Assembly: GCF_001194135.2 (NCBI RefSeq)
Contig: NC_068981.1
Coordinates: 20,469,580-20,533,579 of the forward strand
Reading direction: 5' to 3'
Length of the DNA: 64,000 bases
Source of the DNA: Octopus bimaculoides
Taxonomy: Eukaryota
In this document: positions 37,350 through 52,054 of the stretch, in pieces
Layout: every line of letters begins with the position of its first letter
How positions within the stretch are numbered: the first letter of the stretch is position 1
Program-made: the position numbers and the translations under genes
Notes under the pieces: generated by a model
Seen by the model: the letters and a program-made list of their open reading frames with translations, nothing else
Database searches by the model: none
Told to the model about the DNA's origin: nothing

Positions 37350-38103
37350 NNNNNNNNNNNNNNNNNNNNNNNNNNNNNNNNNNNNNNNNNNNNNNNNNNN
37401 NNNNNNNNNNNNNNNNNNNNNNNNNNNNNNNNNNNNNNNNNNNNNNNNNNNNNNNNNNNNNNNNNNNNNNNNNNNNNNNNNNNNNNNNNNNNNNNNNNNN
37501 NNNNNNNNNNNNNNNNNNNNNNNNNNNNNNNNNNNNNNNNNNNNNNNNNNNNNNNNNNNNNNNNNNNNNNNNNNNNNNNNNNNNNNNNNNNNNNNNNNNN
37601 NNNNNNNNNNNNNNNNNNNNNNNNNNNNNNNNNNNNNNNNNNNNNNNNNNNNNNNNNNNNNNNNNNNNNNNNNNNNNNNNNNNNNNNNNNNNNNNNNNNN
37701 NNNNNNNNNNNNNNNNNNNNNNNNNNNNNNNNNNNNNNNNNNNNNNNNNNNNNNNNNNNNNNNNNNNNNNNNNNNNNNNNNNNNNNNNNNNNNNNNNNNN
37801 NNNNNNNNNNNNNNNNNNNNNNNNNNNNNNNNNNNNNNNNNNNNNNNNNNNNNNNNNNNNNNNNNNNNNNNNNNNNNNNNNNNNNNNNNNNNNNNNNNNN
37901 NNNNNNNNNNNNNNNNNNNNNNNNNNNNNNNNNNNNNNNNNNNNNNNNNNNNNNNNNNNNNNNNNNNNNNNNNNNNNNNNNNNNNNNNNNNNNNNNNNNN
38001 NNNNNNNNNNNNNNNNNNNNNNNNNNNNNNNNNGCTCAGACTGACCAAAACCTTGTGAGTGAATTTGGTGAACAGAAAGTAAAAGAAACCCATTGTAAGT
38101 TTC

Positions 38104-38165
<62 letters not shown>

Positions 38166-41100
38166 CACGTGCGCGCGTGCATTTGGCTGTGTTTCTTTAC
38201 ATTCACGCTTCACTGAAAATCACGACCTACAAGCATTGAGATTGTTGTCATTACTCCTGTAAACAAACCATCTACAAGAATTGTGCCTTTCAAGGTGTGC
38301 GAAATAAGAGATCTGTTACTTAGAAAAAGAATAAAGGGATAGCAACAGGAACAGCATTTACCCATAAAACAGTGCTTCAATAATCTACTCATTCTGTTTT
38401 TTGAGGAATGAGTAGATAGAAGGTAATGGGAAATAGAAATAGTTCTAGTAGACTAGGGTAGGATGGTCAAAAGGATGGGATGTAGCATGTGCCTATTCTG
38501 CTCTCAGGTAATTACAGCAAGTAGTACAATAGAAAGAGAAGTGGTGAGTGTTAAGAAGTGTTAGGGGATAGGTTTGGGGTAAGTGCTTGATGGGGCAGAG
38601 AGTACAGGTTGGGCCTTTGTGCATAACCATACCAAGATAGTTGATGTGTCTTCTTGAGCACAGCAAAAAGCCAGCTATCTTGGCCCTTTTTATCATGTCC
38701 TCTTTAAGGCTCAGCATCTTGAGAGATTAACATTTAATACTTCACATTTTACTGGGTCTCCCTTTTCCACAAATTTCATTCACTTTAAGCGATTGGTATT
38801 TATGCAAGTGTCCTCATCCATACACATTACATGACCAAACCAGCACAGTCTTCTCTCTTGCAGATTACATCTAATTCTTCTAATACCAAACTTTTCTCTC
38901 AATACATTTGCACTCTGTTGTACAAGCATACTGACATTGCACATCCGATGGAGCATACTAGTTTCATTCCTCTCTAGTTTCCGCATATCCTCTGCATTCA
39001 GAGCCCTCATCTCATTACCATGTAGCATTGCTGTTCATACACATGCATCATACAATCTNNNNNNNNNNTGTTGCCAACAAAGGTAAAAACTCTCTTAACT
39101 TTCTCCATCCTATTCTTATTCTAGGAACTATACTTTCAGAACATCCTCCTCCACTACTAATTAGGTCACCAAGATAAAAGATTATCCCTTACCTCTAGAG
39201 GTCCTCCAGTGCATTTGAGAAAATCAATTTTCCTATGGCTCCCGCACATCTTCCAATACACTAACACTAATTTTTCCATTAACCTTCCAGTGATTCCACT
39301 GCACCTCTTGTGTGTCCATTGCTGGGTGCACCACATGGAATTCCTACCTACACATTTCCTACATACTGTGCAGGGCCATTTATCTGCAGCGGGAGAGTCT
39401 TGTCTATTTTCTTGCTTACTGGAATTTTGGTCTTTACTAAGTTAACTTTAAGGCCCTTTGATTCCAGGTGTTGCTTCCACTCCTGAAATTTTTTTTCAGC
39501 TCTGAGAAAACAAAGAGTGAGATCATCAGCGCATAGAAGTTCCTAGGGGCAGCTGGTCTTCAATTCCTCTGTTATGACCTGGAGAACAATGATGAATAGG
39601 AGGGGACTGACAAGCGAACCCTAATGAATGCCTACCTATACACTAAATTCACCACTGTACTCATGCCTAACTCTGAAGATGTAAGGGAAAGGAGGCAGAA
39701 AGGAAGCATTAGGCTAGGACAGAAAAGAATCCTGAATACGACACGTCTCTTTATTTCATTACTTTCACATCTGATTTCACCCTAAGCAATAACAAGTTAG
39801 TCTATCAAACCAGAATAGCTGTCTCCACTATACTTTTTTCTCAAATAGCACTCTCTATTCCACCCCTCCCTTTTCTACACAACTTTCTTTGTCTACCAAC
39901 ATCACACCTAATTCTCAGTCACATTACTCTATCTACAAAAAGGAACAACCTGCCACAAACTATACCAAGCCAGAAATAACCACAGTAAACCATTGTCTGA
40001 CAATAAAGAGAACATTAAAAATAATTAAATAAATACATACATACATGCATGCATACGTTGTTGGCACTCCGTCGCTTACGACGTTAAGGGTTCCAGCTGA
40101 TCCGATCAATGGAACAGCCTGCTCGTGAAATTAATGTGCAAGTGGCTGAGCACTCCACAGACACGTGTACCCTTAACGTAGTTCTCAGGGGATATTCAGT
40201 GTGACACAGTGTGACAAGGCTGACCCTTTGAATTACAGGCACAACAGAAACAGGATGTAAGAGTGAGAGAAAGTTGTGGTGGAAGAGTGCAGCAGGGTTG
40301 CCACCATCCCCTGCCGGAGCCTCGTGGAGCTTTAGGTGTTTTCGCTCAATAAACACTCACAACCACCGGTCTGGGAATCGAAACTGCGATCCTATGATCG
40401 CAAGTCCGCTGCCCTAACCACTGGGCCATTGCGCCTCCTACGTACATACGTACATACATACGTACATACATACATACATACATACATACATACATACATA
40501 CATACATACAGATGTGTGTGTTTCTGTTTATTTTTATAGGAAATTATATATAAAAACATTAAAATGAAGGATCACTTAATACTTCTTAGTACGTATTTGA
40601 TTATTTTTAATGTTCTCTTTATTGTCAGACAATGGTTTACTTTGGTACTTTCTGACTCAGTGTAATTTGTGGCAGGTTGTTTTTTTTGATAGATAGAGTA
40701 ATGTGACTGAGAATTAGGTGAAATGTTGGTAGAAAAGAGAAGGGTGGAATAGAGAGTGCAATTTGAGAAGAAAGTATGGTGGAGACAGTTATTCTGGTAT
40801 GGTAGAATAATTTGTTTTTGCGTAGGGTAAAATCAGGGGTGAAAGTAAAGAGACGTGTCATATTCAGGATTCTTTTCTATCCTAGCCTATTGCTTCCTTT
40901 CTGTCCCTTTTCTTTTACTTCTTCAGTCTATGTTGGCCTTTATAATGTATGGGGTTGGTAGAAAAGTTTGTTGCATTTTTTAAGTAAAATTCATTAACAA
41001 TGTTAAGATAGTTGTATGTATGTATGTACGTATGTATTTATAGTAATTTTGTGCTTTGCTTAGAAGTGATGCATGATACCAGAATTTTCATCTTTAGTTA

Positions 41101-41621
41101 AATACAATGAACTACTCCATATTGTTATTAGAGTATCTGCACGGGTGGAATCAGGACAGGCTAATTTGGGCTGGCATGAAATTATATAAACTGCGAGTCA
41201 AATCAAATAATATTTTGAAAGCATTTATTCTGAAATATATTAACCAAGGAAAGTCTTGCATAATGGGGTGTATTTCCTATTACATACCATGCAGATCTGA
41301 AATTTATGTATCAAATGCTTTCTGAATATTATTATTTGGTTTGACGTCATTACATTTGACAATATACCATGTTTGAGAAGACTTGTCTAGCCAAGTGAAA
41401 GTGTAGATGTTGCTGATGCTAGTGTCACATAGCTAATACATAAAAAACACCCATTACACTCTTGGAGTGGTTGACTTTAGGAAGGGCATCCAGCTGTAGC
41501 ATTCTTACCAAAACAGATTGGAACCTGGTGCAGCTCTGCAGCTTACCAGTTTCAGCCAAACCATCTAACCCATGCCAGCATAGAAAGCAGATGCTAAATA
41601 ATGATGATGATAATGATTACA

Positions 41622-41664
<43 letters not shown>

Positions 41665-44600
41665 CGCACATGCATGTGTTAATCTGACCTTATTTTGTCA
41701 ATATTTGTCTAACTTTGCAGTATAAGTGCCTTGGAAATGATCAAATAATAGTACTAGTTATACCATCAGACACCACCTCTCTTCTCTTAATAGATATATG
41801 TTTACTTTCATCCACTGAAATCAAAGATTCACACTTACCTTCATTAGTTTCCAAGCGTTCTTTCACTTCATCAATAAGAGTATCGTCACTTTCATTTGTT
41901 GTATTGTTAGCTAGACCAGTTTTTGATTGTAGAATTTTCAGCATGCTTTCATCATTGTCAGTGTTCTCAACATTATCTCCAGCGTTAGTAACAAGTGGTT
42001 TTAGTGTGCTAACAACATTTAGTTCTGTTGGCTTTGCATTTGATTCTGTCAGGTTAGCAACACTTGATCCTGCTGATAAAGTAGCATTTGATTCTTCCAC
42101 CCCACCAAGATTTGGTTCTTCTGCATTAACAACATTTGATTCTGTTAGGTTAGCAACACTTGATCCTGCTGATAAAGTAGCATTTGATTCTTCCACCCCA
42201 CCAAGATTTGGTTCTTCTACAGGAACAACATTTGATTCTGTCAGGTTAGCAACACTTGGTCCTGCTGGCAAAGTAGCATTTGATTCTTCCACTACACCAA
42301 GATTTGGTTCTTCTGCATTAACAACATTTGATTCTGTCAGGTTAGCAACACTTGATCCTGCTGATAAAGTAGTATTTGATTCTTCCACCCCACCAAGATT
42401 TGGTTCTTCTACAGGAACAACATTTGATTCTGTCAGGTTAGCAACACTTGGTCCTGCTGGCAAAGTAGCATTTGATTCTTCCACCACACCAAGATTTGGT
42501 TCTTCTGCATTAACAACATTTGATTCTGTTAGGTTAGCAACACTTGGTCCTGCTGGCAAAGTAGCATTTGATCCTTCCGTCCNNNNNNNNNNTGATTCTT
42601 CCACCACACCAAGATTTGGTTCTTCTGCATTAACAACATTTGATTCTGTTAGGTTAGCAACACTTGGTCCTGCTGGCAAAGTAGCATTTGATTCTTCCAC
42701 CACACCAAGATTTGGTTCTTCTGCATTAACAACATTTGATTCTGTTAGGTTAGCAACACTTGGTCCTGCTGGCAAAGTAGCATTTGATCCTTCCGTCCCA
42801 CCAAGAATTGGTGCTTCTGCATTAACACCATTTGCTATCGTCGCTTTAGTAACATTTGTTTGTACTGAGCTAGTAACATTTGATTCTGTTAGCCCTTCCA
42901 ATAATTCAACTTCTTTTTCTTCATCTTCAAATTCTTTTACGAATCCATTGAGAAGCAGTACGTTGTTTTTAATTTCACCTACTGTCTTTTTCTCTTTCTC
43001 AAAAATCTCCTCCAGTTTTTCCTGTTTGTCTTCTTCTGAAGTACTTGCATTCTGATTTACACTAGGCATATCAGCTACCTCAGTGTTATTTAATGTCTCG
43101 TTTACTCCAATTCCATTAGCGATCTCACTTTTAGATGCATCCAGGATGGCAGCTGAAATTGTAAAATTATACTTAATTTATTACAAGATCATATATCTGT
43201 TTACGGATGTATGTATGTATTTTTGCATAACTCTACTGAAAGACTGTGAATTTCTACATATAGACTGTGTAATTATACAGACATCAACAAAATAGACTGT
43301 GAATTTCTGTAAATAGATTATGTAGCTTAACAAATAGACTGCATAGTTCTGGAGATAGACTGTTTAACATTACAGTTAGAGCATCTAACTCTACAAATAC
43401 ATTGTGTGAATTTATACAGATAGCAAGCCAGTCACAAGACTCTGGTGATTGGGAAGGAAGGGGGTTTCAGAATATTCTGGGTGGGCATTAATTCATAATA
43501 ATGCTAAAGTGAAGTTTTGGAATAAGTATATCTCCATAAGGGTTTTTTGACAATTTATGTTTAAAGGTTGATTATAAACCAGTGAAAAAATTTTTCAAAA
43601 TTCCTATTTTTTAAGCCCCTCCTCCTATTCATCCTACTCCTCCTTCTCATATGCAACTGGCCATAACTTTTGCATTTTTAACCTTTTATGAATTATTTTA
43701 AACATCAGAGATGTTTAAATGCTTTCAATTTTTGCTTCTTCAACTTACCTCTGTTTCAAAAGTTACATCAAGCTATAACTTGTTAAGATGTATGGCTTAA
43801 GGTTTTAAAATTATGCTTTAGGGTTATGGTATAGGTTCAATGTTAGGCCTAAGATTTGCAGTTAGGGTGTAGGGTTAAATAAAGAAAAAGCGTATTTTTA
43901 CAGCACAATGATTTTACTTGTTTCAGACATAAATATGAGGAAATTGTCAAAACTTAAATAGAATATAAACTCTGTCAATTCTAAAACATTGTAGTGTTTT
44001 CAATTTTTATTATTGCACATTATTTTATGAAATTTAACAATTTTAGTAACATTATTTTAATCAATATATGAGCAAACAATTTATTTGGTCTGGCCTGTAT
44101 TTAAACCAAATATATTACAACTTCTGAAATTTGTGCTGATACTGAAAATTTCTGAAATTGTTGTAAACCAATTTAATCAACTAATTAACACAAATATTAT
44201 AAAATATTTGTAATCTTCTTGAGCTGGAACAGAAAATATTCAAAATACTTCCGTGTTCAGTTTTTTTAATATCTATTCATGAATGCAAGTTAACAAGGTT
44301 GTTTTTTTGTTGATGTGTCATAAAAAGATAATAGGGTGTAAATATATGAGACAATGTATAGAAGATGACTTGCAAGAAGCATTGCAGCAAATGTGAGGAA
44401 TGCAACATACAATTTGTGGATATCTGGAAAAGCTCTAAATGAATATAGTGAAGAACAGATATCTGGCAGTTTCTTAAAAGTAATATTTTCTAAAATGTAA
44501 TGATGTAACATTTACAATACATAATTCATTGTAAAATGAGCTGTCCAAATAGTTTATGCTCATGAGTTTATGCTGAAATGGGAGATAATCTTGAAACTTC

Positions 44601-45531
44601 TAAGAATGCTTCTGATTCAAGAGACAAAGCATTTTTAGCTGCAAAATGAATGCTTCTCATGTTGCATTCATTAAAGCAACTTTGAAGTTCTCTAACACAA
44701 TAATCAAAAACACTGTTGTAATTACAATTAAAAATTATATATTCGTTATCAGAATCTTCATGACCCAGCATTGATATTATTCTGGGGTGTACAAAAATGA
44801 GGACAGCAATGGCAGAAAGCAGCTTTAGACAAAACTGAGAATTCTAACCAAGGTTTGCTATTAAACCATAAATCACAAAAGCCTCATTGTTTTTGTTTTT
44901 TGGGGCTATTTTACCATATTGGTTAGAATGATGCACTGATAATTTTGGTAGACATCGCATCATATCTAATCTGGATAAGATAAATTTGGGAAGTACATCA
45001 AGTTCTGTAGATTGTATAAGATTAGCTGCTAAAAAAATTGACGGATGGTGTAATGTTGCCGATTCAATTGTGATTCATTTCAAATGGAAGAAATCTTCTA
45101 TGTCTCATCATTTTCACAGGTCTTGGAAGTTTTAGAATTTACAACCAAAAACGTATGACAAAAATTAATTTTTGTCATTTCATTGCTTTTCAATTTGAAT
45201 AAAATACAATTCTTTAAGTTCAAGCAAAATATAATAAAATTGCAAATGCAAACTATTAATGGCTATTATTTTGAAAAACAGAATGTTCAAGGTATTTCCT
45301 CATAAATTAACCGAAATGTCTGTTCCAACTCTATATTTTTAAGTTGATGCATGACTTTGATTAGAGATAATCTTATAATTCAAGTTGTGAGGGCAAAATA
45401 CAATTATGGAAAATCCAACGAATTTCTCACTTTTTTCATTGATAATCGAAGAAATTCTATCTCTTTCTTTATATATGTGTGTAAGCATGTTTGTAGGTAT
45501 GTTTGTGTGTACATATAGATAGGTGTGTGTA

Positions 45532-45606
<75 letters not shown>

Positions 45607-47749
45607 ATGTCTGTGTGTGTCCATACATATATATATGGTATCTGTGTGTGTGTGTGTATGTATGTGTGTATGTGTATGTATGCATGTTTGTAGGTATGTG
45701 TGTGTGTATATGTGTATGTGCATATATATGTATGTGTGTATGTGTCCATACATATATATATTGCGTTTGTGTGTGTATATGCATGTTTGTAGGTGTGTGT
45801 GTGTGTGCATGTGTGTATGCATGTGTGTGTGTGTGTGTGTGTGTGCAAAATATTGTTCTTGTTTACAGAACAGTTAAATAGCATCTGGTTCTTTTTCTCT
45901 GCTTAGTTTAATTGGCCAGTATTCTTTCATGAAATTCTAAGGTGGTCAGTATGTGGTCTAACCCCTTTATATATGTGAGTGTGTCTGTGTGTGTGTGTGC
46001 ATGTGTGTGTGTGAAGATGGAATCAGAAGTAGTATTGATAAAATGTAAATGAATGTGTGTAGGGGGAGGTACATATGTATATGTATTCTTCTGAGCATCA
46101 GTAATATATAAACCTACACATCATCAGCTCTGTTTGTAGTTTTATTTTTTATTGTTGTCGTTGATGTTTTTCATTTTTGCTTTTATTCAGTGTCATTTTT
46201 GCCTATATTAATTATTTCCCTGGGGAATTTTTGACCAGTCTCTGCTGTTCACTTTGTTCATGATTTTAAAATTTAATTTTCATTCTGGTTTAAGAAGAAA
46301 AGTTACTCGGGCTTCAAGAAACGTATTGCAGGAACATTTTTGTAAACTGTATTTTCAAAATCTGAGGGTGTACCATTGAATAGTGATGTGGAGAATGCCA
46401 TCCAGTAACCCCTTCCTTAATGACAGGCCCAAACGATAGACTGATTAAGTGAAACTTTACAGATAAAGTGTGAGAAACTAAAATCTCATTGCACATCATT
46501 AAGCTAGTCAACCAATCAAAATTATTTTCTACTTACTGTAATTCTTACAGGAAGATTCCATTTTCTCAGTAATATGTTCCTTTAAAGCCTGGAAATGGCT
46601 AGCCAATGACTCCAACATATTAGACTGCTCCATAAACTTTTCCTGGTTGGGTGGGGCATCTGGAATAGGAAAAAAAGGAGATTTTTATCCCTTCTGTTTC
46701 TAACAAACTCTATTAACTGTTAGTATGTGCATTTTGGTTTCAAACAGAGGAGAAGTGGTAGAATCCATGTTCTTAGAATAACCTTTGAGACTGATAAAGT
46801 CAATGTTGAAGTCAGTGTTCTATGGTTGATGTATTTTGGAAAAGCGTAGACAAAGATGTTGTCCAGGAGAACTGTGGCTGTAGACAAAAAGGATCAGGCT
46901 AACTGTTTAGTACAGTATTTTATGGAACTAGATAGATGAAAGGAGGAGATGTATGTGCATTTGAATGAACTTGGATGCAGTAGGTACACAATTAACTAGT
47001 TTAGTGTATCAGAGGTTATTATACAAGTGATACCAGAGATGGAGAGAAGAAGCAACATCTCTCTATACCAGTGTTTGTTGCATGGCAAAGATTCAATCTT
47101 TGCCATTTAGCTTTGTTTGGATGCAGTTTAGATGTGTATGTGACATCAGAATTATCCTAAATATATATAGAAGAGATTTGCAGTGGGTCAATAAGTTATG
47201 AAGACTGAAGCATTTTTCCACCTTAAAGGGGGAATTTTGTCTTCTATTTGTTTCAGTCATTTGACTGAAGCCATGCTGAAGCACCACCTTAAAGGGTTTT
47301 AGTCGAAAAAATCACCCCCGGGGCTTATTTTTTATAAGCCTAGTACTTATTCTAATGGTCTCTTTTTGCTGCCAAACTATCAATTGTTTAAAATCCTTTG
47401 ACGAATAATATTTATGAAAAAAGGAATAATTACTTGATATCAAAGTTTGTAAGTAGCTGTTTATGAGAAACAAGGAACTCAGGATGCAATCCACATTAGC
47501 TTTCACTTTATAACTTATGGTTCCTCCAGAGAATTTCTGACAGAGCTCAGCCAAAGTTGCATTTTCATATTCTGAAACAAAACAAAATGTACAAATTATA
47601 AATTCTTGTCATAGATTCTTGGCATTCTTACACAACATACCAATAGCTTCAAAATCACAACCATTTTGCCTGAAAAACATTCTACAACAAAAATCTAATA
47701 AATTGAAAGCATACCAATACACAAGAAAGATTAAAACATTTGAGATATC

Positions 47750-47812
<63 letters not shown>

Positions 47813-48591
47813 ATGCACATTTGTGTGCATGCATATGTGTGCATGTACATGCGCGATCATGCATGAATGGGGGGGGTGAGTGCATGGGTGCATGTGTGTG
47901 TATGTGTGTGTATTTGTGTATGTGTGTGTGTGTATGTGTTTGTGTGTGTCGACACAGTTATAGCCAAGTTCATTAACAAAAGGTTTCAGGTTTCATCCCA
48001 AAGCATGGCATTTTGATCATAAACATTTACCATGACCTCAAGTCAATCTAAGTCTTTTGAATGAAAATAGGTAGATGAAAAAAGTGTAGAAGTCCATTGG
48101 ATTGACTATAACCATAATTCAAAGGTCCACCCTTTTCATATTGTGTTATGATGATTGTGCTATGATGATTGTTTGTGCAATATATAACCACTCACATGCT
48201 AGTTCTATGAATAGGTCATTCAGTTGATTGAACAACTGAATACTCATACAACATTCTCAATTGGAGAATCCACCATTATCATGCTTATGTATGTGTATGT
48301 ATTGTGTATGAGTTTTAAACATAATCTTACTATAGACCTAAAAACACAAGGAATAATCTCCAAATTGATAGCACACATGAATATCGATCTGACTAAACAG
48401 TTTTGAACTTTTAAAATTTAATATTAGAGTTTGCTTAACTTACCACTGTGATACTAAGAAGAAACAGATTATAGCTAGATAGAGACCACATCTAAATTCA
48501 CAGAGACTGAGCAAATTCTTGTATTGATGAGAGTTTGGAATTTGTTAAGAAATTTCTAAGGCAGTACATGCCCCACCTCTCTATCTCTCTC

Positions 48592-48666
<75 letters not shown>

Positions 48667-51600
48667 CACACACACACACACACACAATGCAGAATTATAG
48701 ACTAATAGATCCATTTCAGCCAATTTTGCCAATCATGAGAGTTTAAGAAAAAAATCATGTATGGGTACCTATTTGAAGGGTTGGCAGAATCAACTGATAG
48801 GATCTGTAATACTGATTCTCTCCTTCTTAAGGAATGTGATTAACCATGCAGATCCTCTACAAGAATCTGTTCTGACTCCACCCCATCTTCTTCTAGTCCT
48901 GCAAGTTACAGGGTGACCTCAATAATACTGACAGCATGAAGAAAAGCACCCAGTTACACACTGTAAAGTGGTTGATGTTAGGAAGCTACATCCAGCCATA
49001 CATACCATGCTAAAGCAGACACTGGAGCACAATGCAGTCCTTGGAACCATCAGCTCCTGTTACACTGTCCAACCCATGCCAGCATGGAACATGATCTTTA
49101 AATAATGATGATGATATATAATCAAAACAGATAACCTTGTTTGGGGAATAGTCAAGAAATATACTGCAAGCTTTTGAGAACACAGCATGATAATGAAACT
49201 AATTACAGGATTTCAAACTAAGTTCCCATCAAAGTTTGCTTATTTTATTGATGTAACTAACACCAAGAAGTTTATAACTCTTTCTTCTCTGACAAGAACT
49301 TCAAAATTTTGAAAAAGAGAGAGAGTGTGTGTGTGTTGGAACTAATTAGTATTGCACTTTTAATAAATGATTCTTACTGGTCATTATTTGCACTGCATCC
49401 ATGTATATTGAGTCCAGAGTGGTCTTCATGGGATATATATAGGACTGTAGCATGATTGAATAAATTTAAACTGAATTAGTACACTGGCCTATATTGTGTC
49501 TAAACTAGACAGTGCTAAATAAAAAACAATATTTCAAATTAGCACTCATGTCAATTCATTTAGCGAACTGACTAAATTATATTCCATATTATAAAAATTT
49601 AACATATAAAATAAGTCACCAAGTACCATTTGTCCAGCTTCTATTCCAGTTGATTAATCAACAATAAAGTTTTTCTGCATTCATTTCCTTATCAATAATT
49701 TGGTTGACAAGTTGAATTACTCAGCCTGTAGATTAAGCGTTCAAACCTAATTGAAAGTAATAAACATTATTCCACTATCTCAACTAGCAGAAGAATTATC
49801 ACTTCTAATTTGAAAAGTTGCTGTTACAAAAATATATTGCACTAATTCCTCACATCATTATTCCAGACATACATCTAAATTTATAGAATCCAAGAATGGA
49901 TACAGCATTCAGTCTAAAATACTGATTCTAGTCACAAGACCTCAGATGTGTAAGGAATAGGAACGAGACTGTTACTATATTTAGCCCTTCCTAAGGGTAT
50001 GAATGAAGTGAAATAGTAACAAACAAGAATCAAAATTCAGAGTGCACTGAATTAACAAGGAGCCTATGGCCACTGACAATTTGGTGAGGGGATTGGAGTT
50101 ATTCTTTGTTGTTTTTTCGTCAAAAATTGAATAAATTAGAATAAGAAATTATACCTTTTGTTTCCAAACTACAGATTTTCAACTTTGGTAAGTGATCTTC
50201 TGCCATTGCTGAAAGAAAAACAAAATGATGAATATATTAGCATGTTGAAAAAATCTTGTTAACAGAATTGATTTCTAACACTGGCACAAGGCAACAAAAT
50301 CTGAGAGAAGGGTATTGTCAACTTGATGGTGATAATTGGCTCCAGCACATGACTGATGCTACATTTGTGGAATCTGAACTGAGAGTTTAAAGGAATATTA
50401 AGATAACATAAAGCAGTTTGTCTACCATTGTACAGATTCTTATTTCTTTATTGCCCACAAGGGGCTAAATATAAAGGGGACAAACAAGGACAGACAGAGG
50501 GATTACGTCGATTACATCGACCCCAGTGCGTAACTGGCACTTAATTTATCGACCCAGAAAGGATGAAAGGCAAAGTCGACCTCGGCGGAATTTGAACTCA
50601 GAATGTAACGGCAGACAAAATACTGCTCAGCATTTCGCCCAGTGTGCTAACGTTTCTGCCAGCTCGCTGCCTTGTCTACCATTGTACAGATTCTGTCAGT
50701 CCCTCACTCTTCTTGTTAATAATACTGGTTTCCAATTTTGGCGAAATTTGAGGGGAGGGGTGATGTTGATTACATTTGACTGCAGAACTCAACTGATACT
50801 TATTTTATTGACCCCGAAAGAATGAAAGGCAAAGTCAACCTTAGTGGAATTTGAACTCAGAATATATAGACAAATGAACTGTCACTAAGCATTTTACCCA
50901 GTGAGCTAACGATTCTCCCAGCTCACCACTCTCTTCTTATTAATAATATTAACATTGTAACAATGTAATAGACAGTCCAAGTCAAAAGTCTGAATGCACT
51001 GGTGCAAATAAGTTATTATATTGTAGTTGATGGTAATAATGATCATCATCATTGTTTTCACAATCACTTTTATATGCTTGCAGTGGTCAGACAGAATTCA
51101 TTGAGACAGATTTTCTACAGTCAGATGACCTTCTGCTACCAAGCTTCACTTGTTTTCAAGTAAAGTACTATTTTTCCATGACCGCACATGTTTCTGTGGA
51201 AGATTGGAAACAAATGACAGCTTGTATGATGGTGACACTCGTTTACAACTATCACATGATATCTAGACAAGCAGGCACAATCTAACACACACACACACAC
51301 GAAGGTTAATAGAACGAGCTTCTTCTAGTTTCTCTCCTCCAAATTCATTCACAAGGCTTTGGTCAGGCTTGTTCAAGATGTGCATTCAGACTGAACCCAA
51401 AATTATGTGATTGGAAAACAAACTTCTTAACCACACAACCATGCCCAGATGAAGTGGTGAGAAAGGATCTTTGAACGCTGGACCTCACTGAGGAAACGAC
51501 AAGGGATCAGAAGATGTGGCAATTTGCTGTACTTCTCTCTCTCTTCATTCTCTCTCTCTTCTTCTCACTCTCTCACTCTCTTCCTCTTCCTTTTCCTCTC

Positions 51601-52021
51601 TCTCTCTTGCCAGGTAATCATGTACTTCCTCTATATCAAGACACCTGTTTCTGCCTCTCTGTCTCTCTGTCACACTCTAGCCTTTTATCATCTGACATAA
51701 GGTCCCCTCCTTCAATGACCCTGTCCCTTTCAAAATTCCTTGTCTTGCAAGATACTTGGTGACCCTGCTGGTGCTGGTGCTGGTACTGGTGACACATGAA
51801 AAGCATCTGGTCCACACTGTAAAGTGGTTGGCATTTGGAAGGCTAGTGCCACATAAAAAAAGCACTGAGTCCACTCTGCAGAGTGGTTGGTATTAGGAAG
51901 GGCATCCAGCCATAAAAACCCTGCCAAAACAGACACAGTATCTTGGGGTAGTCTTCTACATGGCCAGCTCCTGTCAACCGTTCAACCCATGCATCAAGAC
52001 AGATGTTAAACGATGATGATG

Positions 52022-52054
<33 letters not shown>

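Noticed and set aside
42040-42900. Regularly spaced repeats as a CRISPR-like array (also 4765-5082)
   Set aside because: Contiguous tandem units without unique spacers, eukaryotic context, no cas genes.
41715-43055. 446-aa plus-strand ORF
   Set aside because: Antisense shadow of the gene D repeat exon; splice sites, composition and upstream exons all support the minus strand.
44290-45170. Minus ORF 44771-44568 with a hydrophobic upstream extension, and broken plus-strand frames with a faint HTH/transposase look
   Set aside because: Ends in a stop without a usable donor and is not needed in the gene D phase chain; no recognisable motif on either strand. Possibly an old TE.
48440-49470. Additional exon-like segments in gene D (10-nt TATCACAGTG near 48445; 93-nt phase-2 exon 49470-49378)
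   Set aside because: I could not find the phase 1->2 exon needed to link them, so the 50155-48196 part of the model is left unresolved.
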